DNA of 60,047 nt, the filler included, from Ionaspis alba (taxonomy: Eukaryota): the NCBI GenBank assembly GCA_964255285.1. It is 7 parts of 7 records of this genome, joined end to end, with 100 filler letters (N's around TTAATTAATTAA, not from the genome) between each part and the next. Parts side by side here need not be neighbours in the genome. Positions count along the whole stretch, not along the records: positions 8,618 to 17,133 come from CAXUUL010000737.1; positions 17,234 to 25,742 come from CAXUUL010000738.1; positions 25,843 to 34,348 come from CAXUUL010000739.1; 4 more parts are not named here. The stretch is one strand, 5' to 3'. The position numbers and the translations under genes are program-made. Below, in pieces: positions 14,601-28,800 of this stretch. How positions within the stretch are numbered: the stretch's first letter is position 1; each line of letters starts with the position of its first letter. Below the pieces are notes generated by a model that was not told the DNA's origin, searched no databases, and saw nothing but the letters and a program-made list of their open reading frames with translations.

Positions 14601-15556
14601 TGACTGTTCTGCCATGAGCTCTTCCTTGGCGGGTGTGTTGACCGTCTCGTCTTGTGCGGGTTCCTGTGAAGAGGTAATTGTGGATGTGGTGCCATTTTTC
14701 TGAACAGCGTCTCCATTTGCGATTTTCTGCTCTCGCAGCTTCGCAACCTCGTCCCAGGCTTCCTTTGCGCTCTTCGTTGCTTCAACGATTTTCTGCTGAA
14801 ACGAAGCACGTTCGGCTGAAACTCTCTTTAGTTCTTCGAGCACCATGTCGCCCTTTAGATTCAGCTGATTGAGATACTCCACTAGAGCGCCAGGGTCATT
14901 GATGGACGTTAAAGGCGTATTTTCTCGGAGTGTGGTTTCGAAGGGTTCAATTGCTGATACACGCGCATGGGCAATGCGATATGACCTCAAAAGCTCTATC
15001 ACCCAGTCAATTCCACTACTTGATTGAGATTGAATGTGAATAAACCTTGGTATCTAGCCTCAAGCCGCTCCAGCTTCCGCAATTTGACACGCACATCCGT
15101 GGGCAGCTCAGGAGTCTGTGCTTGCTCCTCAGGAGCTGCACTCTTCTCCGATGTTTGCATTCCATCCTCGGATTTTGACTTCTCAGCCGCCAAATCTCCG
15201 GCAGCTCCTTCCTCATTCTTGACCGGACTTGGTCTCGGCGTTCCAGCTCTGGCCGGAGTGTCTTCATCATCAATCACAAACTCAGGCTCGAACTCTTTGG
15301 GATCCGGACCTTTCGTTGGAGGATCGCCGCTCCTACTTTCGGGCGCCTTGCTCCGGGAAGATCGAACTGCAGGCGAGGCAGCTCTGGATGTGGGTCTTTT
15401 CGTACCAGAGTTCGATCTCGAAGGCGACTGTTGAGCCGTTCTTTGACGCGCCTGCTCCTCTGCGATTCGGGAGTCAATAGCTCCCTTCAGACGCTGTTCT
15501 AAGCGTTAGCTCTCTAGGTTTTGGCGAGTAAGTAAGGGGGACGATACCTGGAACAT
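11644..15556 (-). CDS. imh1: GRIP-domain coiled-coil golgin (Imh1-like), multi-exon
   Basis: 9-nt first exon ATGTTCCAG giving MFQRLKGAIDSRIAEEQARQR; >1000 aa of coiled coil; C-terminal GRIP domain DYVYLKNVLLQFLEQKDKKHQMQLIPVLGMLLHFDRKDEQKW. Confidence 0.9.
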
Positions 15557-15934
15557 GAGGCTGCAGCGCACATGGCTCTAGCCATGCGCCTAAGTTCTTG
15601 ATATTTGAAAGCCCATAGTTCAATCTTATTCACACTCTATGATGTGAATTGAGTAGCAATAACGCTCAAGTAAAACGATGCCAGATGAGTCTGTTTAAGG
15701 GCGCATAGGGCGTCGAATAATCCCGACCATTGCGGCGAGCCACATCCGCTTGCGGGCTCGGCAAGAAGCGAGAACACGCTCCCCTCTAGTATTGACGTTT
15801 GCCGATTACTCACGCGACATTGAGACACGTTTACGTGATGGCCAATCCTCCTATGCTCTAAATAAATTCCGGATCTTAATCCAACAGATTCACACTTCGA
15901 CTTGACAGCTTGTGCAGCTTAAGGCACCGTAACC

Positions 15935-17133
15935 ATGGTATCGCTCTGGCCTTGGAAGGTGGATACCCCTCCTTTCTTTCCTATGTCCTCAAACTCAGAA
16001 TAAGGGAGCTCACAAGTCTGCAGGCCGATGACTCCTCTCCAGCTTCCTTTGAGAAGACCTTGTCCCAGCTCTCAGCAAAGATCACAAAGGCCTCCACCAA
16101 TCTCGATGGCTGCAGGCAGCGGTCGAGACGTTTAAAAGGCCTATGGCTGTTATACTCTAGCTTCGCATACCTTCTCTATGTTATGATTGTGGCGTTTGCC
16201 GTGGGATGGCACAATTGGGGACCTAGCGAATACACAGCTCTGGCTGGAGGACCTCTATGGTAGGCCCGCTGCTGCTTACACTATCATATGCGCAAAAGCT
16301 GAGTCTCCACAGTATATATTTGGTCAGGCTCGGACTCACAACGTATTACGATTTCCGAATATCAAGTCATCAAGCACATTTAGACTCGTTACAGAAACAA
16401 AGGGAGAAGACGATCGATAGACTCAAGACCGCCACCAGATACAACACTACACAAGAGCTTCTCGAGAAGTATGGTGGCACTCCCTCAAGGTCGAAGGCAG
16501 GAGGCGCGACACCACGCAAGCCGAGTTCAAGCAAAGGCGATCCAAATGCCTCCAGAGGGGGAAGAACGGGATTCATGCCTCCTCCCACGGCGAATATTCC
16601 AGGTCGAAATATAGCCGCATCCCTTCCAAGCACACCTCAGCGCTCAACACCACCTCCTAGACAGCCAGGACCTACTCCACCATTCACTGCAGCGGCAGAC
16701 ACCGCGCCATGGAGGCAGACTAGTTCTCCGCCTCCGACTTCCGCTGAGTTTGCTCCCAATGCCTTTTCATCTGCACCTCAATACATACAGGCCGGCGATG
16801 GCCCAAGGTGGTATGACCGCTTTATGGATGTGCTGCTGGGAGAAGACGAATCGAGTCCAAAGAATCGTATTGCATTGATCTGCAAGAATTGCCGATTAGT
16901 AAATGGCCAGGCACCTCCCGGCATCAAGCAATTAGAAGATGTCGGAAAATGGCGGTGTTCGGGTTGTGGGACCATGAACGGAGAAGAGAGTGAGGAGAAG
17001 AAACTTGTCGCAAAGATGAGGGAGCGAGTAGCCTCGGGCAATAAAGTTGCTCCAGGTGTTCATAACGCCAGCCCAGTGTCGGCAAATGAGGCGACCGATG
17101 AGGAGGTAGTCTTGGTAGGCCACGACCAAGATG
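15935..17133 (+). CDS. lnp1: ER junction protein Lunapark, 3' truncated by linker
   Basis: MVSLWPWK first exon, SFEKTLSQLS, two TM helices, LKTATRYNTTQELLEKYG, WYDRFMDVLLGEDE, zinc finger ALICKNCRLVNG...WRCSGCGTMN. Confidence 0.92.
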
Positions 17134-17235
17134 NNNNNNNNNNNNNNNNNNNNNNNNNNNNNNNNNNNNNNNNNNNNTTAATTAATTAANNNNNNNNNNN
17201 NNNNNNNNNNNNNNNNNNNNNNNNNNNNNNNNNGA

Positions 17236-17331
17236 ATTGTTAGGGAGAGGTTGGGGAATAGTGGGGGGAGACCGTTGGGGAGTCCGGAGGAGGGGCAGGT
17301 GTTAGGGAAGTTTGGGTTTGAGGAGAGGTAG
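17236..17331 (+). CDS. Possible 3' end of a gene cut by the linker
   Basis: Frame open from the contig edge (IVRERLGNSGGRPLGSPEEGQVLGKFGFEER*) with the G-ending codon bias seen at other gene 3' ends here. Confidence 0.35.
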   Translation: MVRERLGNSGGRPLGSPEEGQVLGKFGFEER

Positions 17332-17855
17332 GTGGGGAGGTTGATTGTGTAGTGGAAATTGGGCCGTGGTGGAAGGGGAGGATGAGAATGAGGATTAAGG
17401 TGCTTTGCTGCACAATTGTTTGGGATGCGTGCATGCTTTCATGATATCCATGCCGTTTGTACGATATGCCTGATTCGTCGGTCTTGGGGGGTTGTCAAAG
17501 ACCTGTTTGCTTGCACACCCGATCACTACCACTTCAAGTCATACTTGTGAATGCCATGTGGACGTTGGTGAGTTGCGAAAGTGGCCCTCTCAAATATGAA
17601 TAAGGTCCGTCGGACAGTGATGCCACAAACCCATAGTACAAGTAGTATGAAAGTGAATTGCCTGACCTAAAGTCTCAGAAACATTGCCTGCTTATTATAT
17701 ACCTTAGTTGGACGCGACAGCTTTTCTATCCAAAACCCAGCTTCCCTAATAAACACAAAAGCGCATATAAACTCCCGAGAACGCCTGCCGACCAATTGCT
17801 CTCATTTCCTGGTACCACCTTCCATGCCAATTTCCCTTGCGGCCCTAGATAGAAT

Positions 17856-19486
17856 CTACATGACATAGAGAAGGTCTGTGTCTAGAGTTCGTCGCGTTAG
17901 CCACCACTGACCCAGTCGATACATAAAAGGCAGAAGCTTACTTAGAGGGTGACTGCAGCTCAATTGTGGTTTCTGAGTGTACTTGCTCGCCAATTCATCG
18001 CGAATGCTATTCAACAGCTGGACATAGCTCTGCTGCGGATTCTTCTTCAGGGCCTCGATGAATGCCCAAGACATAGCTCCAGTGGCTTCACCACCGATCG
18101 TTGCATCTTGCCTGAAAGTCGAGCAAATCAGTCATAGTCAGATGCGTAAGAGGGCATTCCAGCTTACGAAGTTTGAGTATCTTTGCTGCCAGACCACATA
18201 ATGACATCTGCAGGCGAGGTCTTGGTTTGCTTGGCGCGCTTGGATGCGTCGCTGCCAGTAGTGGCTTTCTTGAAGAAACTCATTGCGGTGTTTGCCATCC
18301 CGCCCATATCGCCACGAGCATAGGCAGAAACAATACCAAGTAGACCTTGTCCAGCTTCTTTGGCAAGGTTCGGCTCTTTGAGCACACCTTGGGTCGAGTA
18401 GAGGTATGGAAGGTCGAGAGCGGAGCCGGAGTGGCACGAATCGAAGATCGCAGTCAGACGAACACCAGGCTGAAGGGATTGAACCAGGATCCGGTGCATC
18501 TCATCGTCCACGATGTGACCAGCGACTCGAAAGTCTACTGGGTATATGACTTCGTCATAACCATCGTCTTCGTCTCCGTCCAGATCAGGTGTCTGTCCTC
18601 CGTGACCTGCAAATATTAGTCTATTGTCTAACGACAATATGAGATTACTTACCAGAGTAATGGAAAAACAACGAATCATTCGGCCTTGCGTCCTTAACCA
18701 GCCAGTGCATGGCACGAAAGATGTTCTGCTTAGTAGGCTGGCTCATAGGGTTTTGCTGATCGTCCGTCAAAAGAACCATGTCCTCCCTGGCATAGCCGAA
18801 ATTTGTGTTCAGATAAGTAGACATGTTCTTAACATCATTAATACAACCTCGCAGCTGACCCCGTTGACCAAAGTAGTTTATACCAATGAGAAGTGCTTTG
18901 CGTCGACCAGTACAGTTGGAGTATTGAAAGCTGTAGCCTTGTGGAGCGCCGGCACCAAAACTCTGCATCGATTGTGGAGGTGGAGGAGGAGCGTTGTGGT
19001 TTCCGGAATTGTAAGCATTAGAGTTGACGGTTGGGAGGCCTGGAGATTGTTAGCACAAGTCTTGATGATAGAACTCATCGAGCTTACCGGGTCGTCCATG
19101 GTACATTGGTCCACCTTGTGGCGGAGGTTGACCATACCCGTAATTCTGTTGCGGTGGTGGCTAGTGCATTCAGCGAAACATTCGATAATATGCAAAGATC
19201 AATACTGACCTGCTGATATCCTCCGTTGTACATGGGAGGTTGAGGAGAAGGAGGTGGATATCCATAACCGGGTTGTTGCGGTGAGCCTTGAGGTGGATAC
19301 GGAGGATAGCCCTGAGGACTAGAATCATTAAAGTCAGTTGGGCTGCGTAGAGCGTGCATTTGTATGCACTTACGGGTATTGCTGTTGTGGAGGTGGATAG
19401 CCTTGAGGTACTCCGTAGGGTGCTTGAGGCGGAGGGTAGCCGCCGTGTTGCTGAGCTCCGTATCCTCCGCCGCCTGGGAAAGCCAT
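17856..19486 (-). CDS. mca1: Type I metacaspase, multi-exon
   Basis: P/Q/Y/G-rich prodomain; [25 protein letters not shown], catalytic HYSGHG and [30 protein letters not shown]. Confidence 0.96.
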
Positions 19487-21324
19487 AATGTGATAGTAGT
19501 TATTGATAAGAAGCGCTCTGATGAGCCTAGTCCAGTATCCTCACAGTCTTGAAGTGGATTGGCTTTCAAGGCTCGGTCGTGTTATCTGAAGTTTTGCTGA
19601 TAGGTGCAAAGTTGGGAGGTGCTACCGGACGCGTAGAGTAAGGTAGGGGATGGAACATGGATGGCGGGGTATTCTAGAATCTCACTCGAGAAACAGTATA
19701 CAAAGCTCCGAACTTGCTCATATCGTTGAAAATCTGTGCTGGCACGAACTGATTCATAAACTCTTTGCTGCAGAGAGAAAGTTACTTGGGCTTTATTGAA
19801 CGATTAGTGATACTCGCTCTCGTGGAGTCCGACGACCGCAGCCCATTCGCAAGGGGGTTTCTGCATACAGCTGATTGCTTTGTCTGTCAAATGCTGCAAT
19901 ACTTCATCACCATATCGGATCTCGATGCGTATAAGCTGGCATGACTATGAATCTAAGCTATTGGGGCTGGATTCTAGAATCGTTCGATTTCCAGTACCTT
20001 GTACAGTAGCCATGCCATGTGCTTCTGCCAAAGGTGCACAATACTTCTCCTGCGCCAGCTCGATAGGTTGACCCAAAACTGCGGGTCAGCAATCTCCCAT
20101 AACAAGTAATCCCACCCGCTCGGGACTTCCTGTCTCTGAAAATAACGTAGCGGTAGCCAATGCTAGAGAAGCATTTGGGATGGTTCTGAGGATGACAAGC
20201 GGGAAGTGGTGCAGAGCTGTGACCTGCAGGCCCGTGGCTTGCGTCGATGACGGAGCAGTGTGCTCGACTTCTGTTATCATTCGGCTTTGTCCGTTACCCA
20301 AAAATGTAGCATCTTTGCTGGCCTTGCACTTATCAGCCAACCTATAGTAAATGCTGTGGCTGGACTTTCAATGTTCTGATCAGGCAGTGCAAGTTCAGCC
20401 GGAAGACGCCACGCCAAACCTAGGGTTGCACATGGTCGAAGCATGGATTTCGTCTTAGATATACGTATCTGTTATCTGAGATAATCACTTGCTCGTCATA
20501 AGGTGAATTGCTGCCGTCTGTAGAATATAGTCTGAAGAGCCAAGGCATCATCTACTGAGCAATGATATGTGGAAATCATACTCAATATCCTCCATGACGG
20601 ATGAGCAGCCACCCAGAGAATGCTGGAGGATGACCATCAGTGCATCTCAAAACCAAGAAACTCTGTTCTTTCACATTATGCTGGAAACAATAAGTTCATG
20701 TCCTCCATAGATCACAAACTTTGAAGTGATCCGTCCATCTCATCTGGCTCGTGAGCTACTCCTGGGCATAGCTCGTGTTATGAAGAGTACCAGCCATTAG
20801 AAGACGTGGTAAGTTAATAGCTTGATATGGAGAGATCAAGACCTTTGTTGTATTGATGCTCCCTTCACAATCGCGAGAACGAGGTTAATACATTCGCTCT
20901 CCATAGGTAAAGTAGAGCAATACAATCAAGGAGAATGCCTGTAGAAGCCGTGATTCCCGCCGCCAAGACCAGTAGCCCCTAACTCGAAGAGTGTTGACAT
21001 CAGAGCCTGCTAGAATATATCGTACCAATCATTCTTCTCATGTTGCTGTATCCCTAGCAGTCGATGAGAAACGTGGTACTGTACGTGTTACACTGCTAGA
21101 AGAGCAAATTCATGGTACTTGGTACTCGTGACGACCCATTGCCGCACTACACTACCGCAAATCCGACTCCCCTGCATCACTTCGAACCTTCACGCGCCAC
21201 CCTGCGTCGGCCACAGTTGAGTCTCACAAATGCCATTGAAATCTCGTACAGAGAAGGGCTCGAAACCTAGGGGAGCGCGGCGACGCGTTGTTTGACTTGA
21301 CCAACGCCTTCCTTTTCTTCGGCT

Positions 21325-24300
21325 ATGGCTTCGTCCGTCGCCTCTCGACCAGTTCTGCCTAGGAATCACTCAAGAGTGCCAGGCGGCTTTGATACCGATG
21401 ATGAGTTCTCCCCCGTGAAAGGAGCTTTCGATCGCTCGGAAAGCGACCATGAGGGGCTTCATGATTCGTCTGCCCGTCACGAGGTGGAGCAGAATGGAGG
21501 CACTCCGCCACAACAGCGCGAGTTGGATATACGGAGTCCAGGAGAAGGGGAAGGCAGTAGTACCCTTGATGAAAAAGAGATGCGAAGACATTTGATGGAT
21601 GTCGAGTCCAGTTTTCTTCCCGAAAAATCTCCTGTTGCGTCGAAAGACAGATCGGGCGCAGACGACACATTCGTGTTTGGCTCTTCCCACTCGGAGCACC
21701 ACCGTTCTGAAGAGCACGATCCATCCCAAGTGTCTAAATCGCCTGATACACCACCAGAATATTACCAAACTCCAGCACCTGGAAACGATCGAGATCTACC
21801 AGAACACCAGAGGGCCGGTACGGAGTATGGAGATCAAGCGAATACTTCTTCGCTGGAAACAATGTCTTCTTCGCCTACAGCAGCAGCAGCAGCAAGGACT
21901 ATCTCTCGAGTCGTCTCCCTCGCCTCAATGACGGGTTACGAAACCGCGGATGAGCAACGCCCAACCACTCTGGGCTTGGAGGAAGCCCATCAAGCCAACA
22001 ACGATGAGTCTACGCCCAAGAATATTTATCTGCCATCAAAGATGTCATCGCGACCTGGCTCCCCAACGCCGACTAGACCTAATTTCGATCTCGTCTCAGA
22101 GGACGCAACTAATGGAGATATCGATGACGGGAAATCCACCTCTTTGCAAAATCCACGAAAAAGACCCAAACATCTAAATAATCGCTATGCAAGCCAAAGG
22201 TCCTCATATTCGTCCTACACGTCTCGTACAACTACGTCCACCGAAGGTGCTAGTGAACTTACAGTTGGAGCTGAGTACGCACTACAGACAGGGGGGGCGG
22301 CACCCTTTGGAAGTTCAAGCGTGGAGAGGCCGCGCAACGAATTAGCAAGGTCCCTAAGCCTAGGAAGTATGGCTTCTGGAATCTCCGCTCTGAGCGATGG
22401 AGAGGATCGGTCTCGGTTCATCGGAACTGTTCAGGACGGTCTCGGCTCACTGGCAGAAGAGGAAATCTCCCCACTAGCTGATAAGATGTCCAGAAGCAGG
22501 ATAGATGAGCTGTCAGTTCCTTTGACTCCACGAGCTCTTAGCAGGTCATCCCATACCACCACTACCGAAAGTACAGCTGGGCAGCACCAGCAAGGTAGCT
22601 CATACGATAGACAAAGCAATGCGTCACCAGATCGGAGGAACGGCCTGCCTACTCCTGCCACCAGCCGTGCCAAGAATCTGACTCTCAAGGAGCAAGGAAG
22701 CACCATTGATAAATTGCAGAAGGAAAATTGGGATTTGAAGATGAAAATACATTATTTGGACAAGGCTCTGGACGTCCGCTCGGAGGAGGGTGTGAAAGCG
22801 ATGATATCCGAGAACGTTGAATTGAAAACGCAGAAACTCAACGCTGCACGGGAACTCAGGAATCAAAAGCGGCTGGTACGGGAACTAGAAAGTAGACTAA
22901 AGGAGACTCAAGAACGAGCATCAGCCCAACTACGCGAGGCGATGGAGAACGCGCATGCTACCTCGCGCGACGGTGAAAGTAAAGCTGAACTTGAGAGTGA
23001 AGTCATCTTCTTGCGAGAACGGGTCGAGACCCACGAAGTGGAGATAGAGAAGCTTCGGCACGAAGGGGCGGCGAAAGAAGCCGAGAAGCGTCAACTGGCT
23101 CAAGCGGTGAGGTCCATGACGGAGAGGAGGTCTACAGGCAGTGACATAGGCATCCGAGAAGAAATGGTATGTTCCACTTGTCCTACATGTATTATTGGGC
23201 TGACTCAAAGTACCAGGATATGTGGAAAGATCTTCTCGAGACTGAGACTGCACGTCGAGAGCAAGCTGACGAAGACAATAAGAAAATGCGCGAGGAGCTT
23301 TGGCGGCTGAAAGCGGACGCAGCATCTACCGTCTCTTACAACCAATCTGGAATAAGCCAGAACCCGACTAGACAACGTCAGGCTTCGTCGGACTCGGTTC
23401 AATACAAAAATCCTAGTCGTGAATTAGAACGAAACGGTGCTACCACTAGCTCTAGCGTCACTATGGTGGAACAGCTTCGACATGAGAATGCTGAACTGCG
23501 TCGAGAAGTTGGTGCGCAAACATCTATGCTTACGTCTCGGAATCGAGAGAAAGAACGTCTCTACCAGGAGATCGAAGACCTGAAGATGCAACGCCGGGGT
23601 GACGGGAGATCTATAGCCGGTGACAGTATTCTGGAGCGCTCTGCATCGCGTGCCTTTGGCCGACCAGCTTCTCGCGGCAGCGAAGCTACCCGTCAAACTC
23701 AGCTTAGCGATGCCGAACGTGAGGTCTATGAGACCAAGAACGGTGAACTTCGTGACCAAATTTCAGAGTTCAAGCTTAGAAACCAGGATCTCGTCGATCA
23801 GCTTGAAGGACTCTTGGATGAGCTAGAGCAGACCAATGGACTCAAGGCCGATTTCGACAAGTTGGAGCAAATGTACGAGGAGCTGACTGAACAGACCAAC
23901 CAGGACATCCTCACGATGCAAAGAGAACGAGATGAAGCGCTAGAGCTGCAAGAAGAAGCGGATGCGAGCTTCAAGGATCTCAAAGAAGAAGCCCAACAGA
24001 GAATTGATGTTCTGGAAGAGGAGCTCGACCAGAAGAGCGACCATCTAGAGAAACTCGAAAATGAATTATCGAACCGGGACGAAGAGTCCAGCAATCTGCA
24101 GAATGAAGTGCGGATGATGAGCGAGGGTCTCAATAAGGTTGAAGCAGACGTTCAATCAAAGCTTCGCAGAATTCAGGAGCTCGAACTCGAGAACGAAGAC
24201 ATCAATCGAGAGCTTGAGACCATTGAAAAGTCACTGCTGGAGGCCAATAGCAAAAATGAGAAACTGGCTATTGAGCTTGAGTCCCGGCAGGGCGAATGCG

Positions 24301-25742
24301 CATTCCTCCGAGAAGAGCAAGATGGCTGTATGCTGAAGATCGGAGACCTTGAGGCTGCAGTGAAGTCTGCCCACACCAATCTGAGTAGCGAGAAAGAGCG
24401 AACCAAAGATCTGGAGTCTAGACTTGCTGATGAAAGGCATCAGAGAGAAGTCATTGGAAGTAAAGAGAAACAGGATGTTCAGAAGATCATGAATGACCTG
24501 AATCGCGAAGCTTCCGGTGCAAAGGACGAGTCCAGGAAACTGAGGAAGACCCTAGAAACAAAGGAGAATGAGGTCAAGACGTGGAAGGAGAGGCTTGTGG
24601 AATTAGAGACTGGTGTCCGAGAAATATTGGGAGATCCCAGTGGATCGAGGTCCAATCTTATTGCTGTAAGATATCCATTGCCTGAAACTGAGCTCTCGCT
24701 GACACTTCGTGAAGTCAATATCTAAGCTACATAAAGACCTCAACAGCACAGTCTCAGAACTCTCCACCACAAGGCAAGCTCTTTCCGATAAAGAACGTAT
24801 CCTCCAGAAAAGAGACGCCCTGCTCGAAAGTCATGGCCTCGAGTCTCGCAAACTGTCAGAGCTACTGGAGAAGGAACGGTCGGCCCGCCGAGCAGACAGA
24901 GCGCAGCACGAACATTGGCAAAAAACACATCAGCACACCAGTCGCACTGTGACCCAAAAGGATACTCGAATTACCGAGCTGGAAACCAGCAGGGTGGGCG
25001 ATAAGAAGAAATTTGCGGCCCTCGAACAACAGATGAAAGACCAGCTGGCCGAGCGGAACAACCTCCTCCTTGCGCTCTGGCATCGCCTGGCCACCATGTG
25101 CGGGAACGATTGGCAGCATCAGAACAGTCTCGTCAGTGGACACCTACCCACCCTTGAGGTTGTGGCCGGCATGCTTCCTGGGTTCAGCAAGAATCTCCTT
25201 CATGCTATCAAGACTGTCGAAAGCATGCTGGGCGGCTTCAGAAGCCGAATTCGAGGTATCGAACGCGATATGATGAAGGACGTCCAGACTCTAGAACACA
25301 ACCTGGATATGCGTATAAAGAGACTCGACCGGCTCGAGTCGGCTGTGCAAGTCAGTCGTGTTGCAGGCGCTGCTAGTGCCGCACCAGAGATCGCCAAATT
25401 GCGAGGAGAAAATCGTCTCCTCAAAGCCGAGCTCGCCGTCTTCCAGAAACAAGAGATGCACAGTCGGGCTTCTCGCTCAGACGCGCGCATTCCCGAGCGT
25501 CAAAGCAGCTCGTCGGGCAATCGGGCCTCCATGTCTGCATCTCTGATGAGACACCATTCGGCCTCCGCTGTCGAGGCACTTGAGCGTGGCGCAAATGGTC
25601 CTTCTGCGCCTCCTGTACAGATCCAGAGTCAGCCTATTGAGCCGAGTCAGCAGAGGTGGATTCATAGGTTACGGGAGTTGGAAAGGAGGCTCAAAGCTGA
25701 ACGGGAGGCGAGATTGTTGGATCGCAGCGGAGCGAGGAAGAG
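21325..25742 (+). CDS. apsB: Microtubule-organiser ApsB/Mto1-like (CM1 + coiled coil + MASC), 3' truncated
   Basis: CM1 motif LTLKEQGSTIDKLQKENWDLKMKIHYL, long coiled coil, C-terminal QQRWIHRLRELERRLKAEREARLLDRSGARK; introns near 23167-23216 and 24666-24714. Confidence 0.88.
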
Positions 25743-25842
25743 NNNNNNNNNNNNNNNNNNNNNNNNNNNNNNNNNNNNNNNNNNNNTTAATTAATTAANN
25801 NNNNNNNNNNNNNNNNNNNNNNNNNNNNNNNNNNNNNNNNNN

Positions 25843-28800
25843 ACTCGTCTCAAAAGGTAGAGAAATTCATGCACAGGGAGCCTTGTCTGAACATAGCGAT
25901 CTGGAGAATGTCACTACACGTTTAGTTGAATTCAATCTAGAGTTGCGAGAATCACTGAAGTCCCAAAAGTCGTCTGCCGAAGGTCTCACGAAGAACGAGA
26001 AGGTGAGCTTTGATCATGCAGGTCCTGTAATAGCTCACGCTGGCCGAAGGTCCTTGAAACAATCGCGGTAGATTGCACGAAAGTAGCCGAGTTGCTGCTT
26101 CAGCGACTAGAGCAATTGAAGAATCGAGGCAAGCGGAGACCATGGAAAAGCTTCCGCCACGCTTTGAAGTCTGTCTGGAGCAAAGCCGAGATAGAACACC
26201 TCGCCGCTCAATTGGCTTCTTATCGCCAGCAATTATCTTTACAAAACCAGGTAGTCGACGATTCTAAAGCATCCAAACGATTTGATTCTCTTGACAGGAC
26301 CACCGGTCGAATTTGTGATCAGCTTGAAGTTCTTTCAAGGGCTTTGACTGCTACGCAAGGAAGTCGCAAAGCAATTGACTCGTCCGTTGCAGTAGCAGGG
26401 AACAGTGACCTGCCATGCAATGACGTCGAAATCAGCAGAAACGAGATGGGCACCCAAAGCCCGGATCCCATCACAGAAGTAGCAGTAGACCCTCAACTTT
26501 CGCATTCGGCTGTGAACGCCGAGCAGTTCGAGACCTTGAAGGCCATGATCCGGCAACTTCAAGCGCAATTCACCGAGTCATCGGAGAAGATGGCCTCATC
26601 TTTGGCCACAGGTGCTACGAAGCTCTCAATGGATCCACAAATCTACCAAGTTTCGGACGAGTACGAGAGTCAACAAGGATCTACAGCGCGTGAAGAAGCC
26701 TCCGAAGTTTCAAAAGGCATAGATCAGCTATATCTTTTCGCTTCGAAAAAAGGGTCTGCCCTGTTTTCGGAAGATGCACAGTTGATGATCGAAAGCCTTG
26801 ATAAGATTTTGGCTGTAGTGGAGCACGCCAACGGCACTCCCCGATCGGCCCACAGTAGCCAAAAAAGGAAGAGACCAGAGGAAGATAGTGAAGAGTCCAA
26901 ACAGCTCCAGAAAGTGCGAAGTATCAAAAGGTTCAGGGGCTTGTTGAATTCCGCTCAATCTGTTGCTGTCAATCAGCCAGGTAGGATGTTCTGAAAGACT
27001 GCTGCCATCCAGTATAGCCTAATCTTGACACCAGCGAAAAAACCCGACCTTAAATTGGTCAAAAGGAATTACCACAATACCTGTGACCGTGTCGCCATCC
27101 AGGTAACGGAAGGCACAATTGAGCTTCTGCAAAAGAAAAGCCGCCTACGATGCTCCAATAACTCTATAGGAAATGATCCCCGAGATGTTATCTTTGAGTC
27201 CATCTCGGCTGCTGTTGACTATACGCCGAAGGGACCGTTGCCCAAAACCAAGATCACAGCAGTCATTCAACAATTCGTTAGACTCCAAAACTCCACGTCT
27301 TTGAATCCGATGTTGTCATACTGCGCTATGATCCCAGACGATGCCGAGATATTTAGATACATCAAAAACGACGATGCATATGGCATTCAGAACTTAGTGC
27401 AACAGGGTCTAGCATCTCTGTCAGATTGTGATTCGTTGGGGCGCCCGTTGCTATACGTGAGAGTTCCACTCGATAAGATTACGTTCGGGGAGCACTGACA
27501 GTCTATAGCATGCGTATAGTAGAGATCGACCTGAGGTCTGCAAGTATTTGGTTAATAATCAAGCGGATGTCGATTTCTTTTGTGTTGGAGAAGGAGGATC
27601 GGTCTTAGCATTAATCAACCATTTTAGATTCCATGACCATGAGGCGGAACCAGAAGTGCTGGCAATCCAACTTGCCTGTAGACGGATTCTCCTAGAAGCA
27701 GGTGCCGATCCAACGTTATATGATGACTCAAATGCTTTGCCCTTGCTCCCTTTTTATTGTATCCTTCTTGGCGGCCCGTTTGTCAGTACTTATTTGACTC
27801 TTTCTTGCTAGAATGCTAATATTCTTGTAAGTAGGAGTCTGTGAAGATGGTCTTCGACTTAGCTGCGGACTTTATCGATATAGAAGGACGGTATCGGGGA
27901 GAGACTTGTGTGCTCGCATACTCTTGTTTTTGGACCGGACTGGATCCTGACATTTTGAACCTACTTCTCCGTAGAGGGGCAAACATTTCGGCACGGGACG
28001 ATCGGACTGGAGAAACATGCCTCCACAAAGCTATGGATGGCCTTTCTTGGCCCACTTTTGACCGCATAAAGAGCAAAGCCTTTCTAGTGGTTCTCCTCAG
28101 GGCGGGGCTCAAAGTCACGGACGAGGACAATGACGGATTGACCCCTTGGGATCTCGCACAAGAACTCTGTTTTGAACGGCGAAAGATTGTCAAGGATGCC
28201 CTTACAGAGTGTGGCATTGACTGGACTGGTTTGTCCGTCAGTGGCGAGGAATATCCCAGTGACGAGGAATGTCCCGGTGGCGAATATTTTAACAACTATC
28301 ACTGCGATTGTGAAATGGATTCGGAAGAGGAGCGATCTGATGAAGATTGGGACAATCAATCCGAAAGCGCGGATGGATATCAGAACCCAGAGAGAATCGT
28401 TTCAAAGCAGTCGGAGGCCGCCAGTGGTGTGGCATCTGATAACAGTCTTAACCAGCCAGTGGGGGAATGTGAGGATGATAATGTCAATGCCTTTTCCGCT
28501 CAGTTTGCTAAAGATGAACACAACGGCCCAACATCACAAGCAACCCAGGTCCTGGATCAAGATGATGAAGACCGCCCCCTGGCTCAACCCCAAGACTTTG
28601 GTATAGAGGATCAAGCTCAGTGGTCATGGCTACAGCCAGAGGGAACCTGGAATTACATTCCCCATGCTGTCGGTACTCAATATGCAAGCTATCCCACTCA
28701 ACAAGACTCAGCATGGTATCCCAGGGACGCCGTCTCTCGGGCTTTATTTACCGATAATCACGCTTCAAGAAATCCTATGGATATAGACACCAACCAAGCA

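Noticed and set aside
19570..21320. 1.7-kb spacer between metacaspase and apsB as a hidden gene or ncRNA
   Set aside because: Only short motif-less ORFs; no tRNA, 5S or snRNA signature seen
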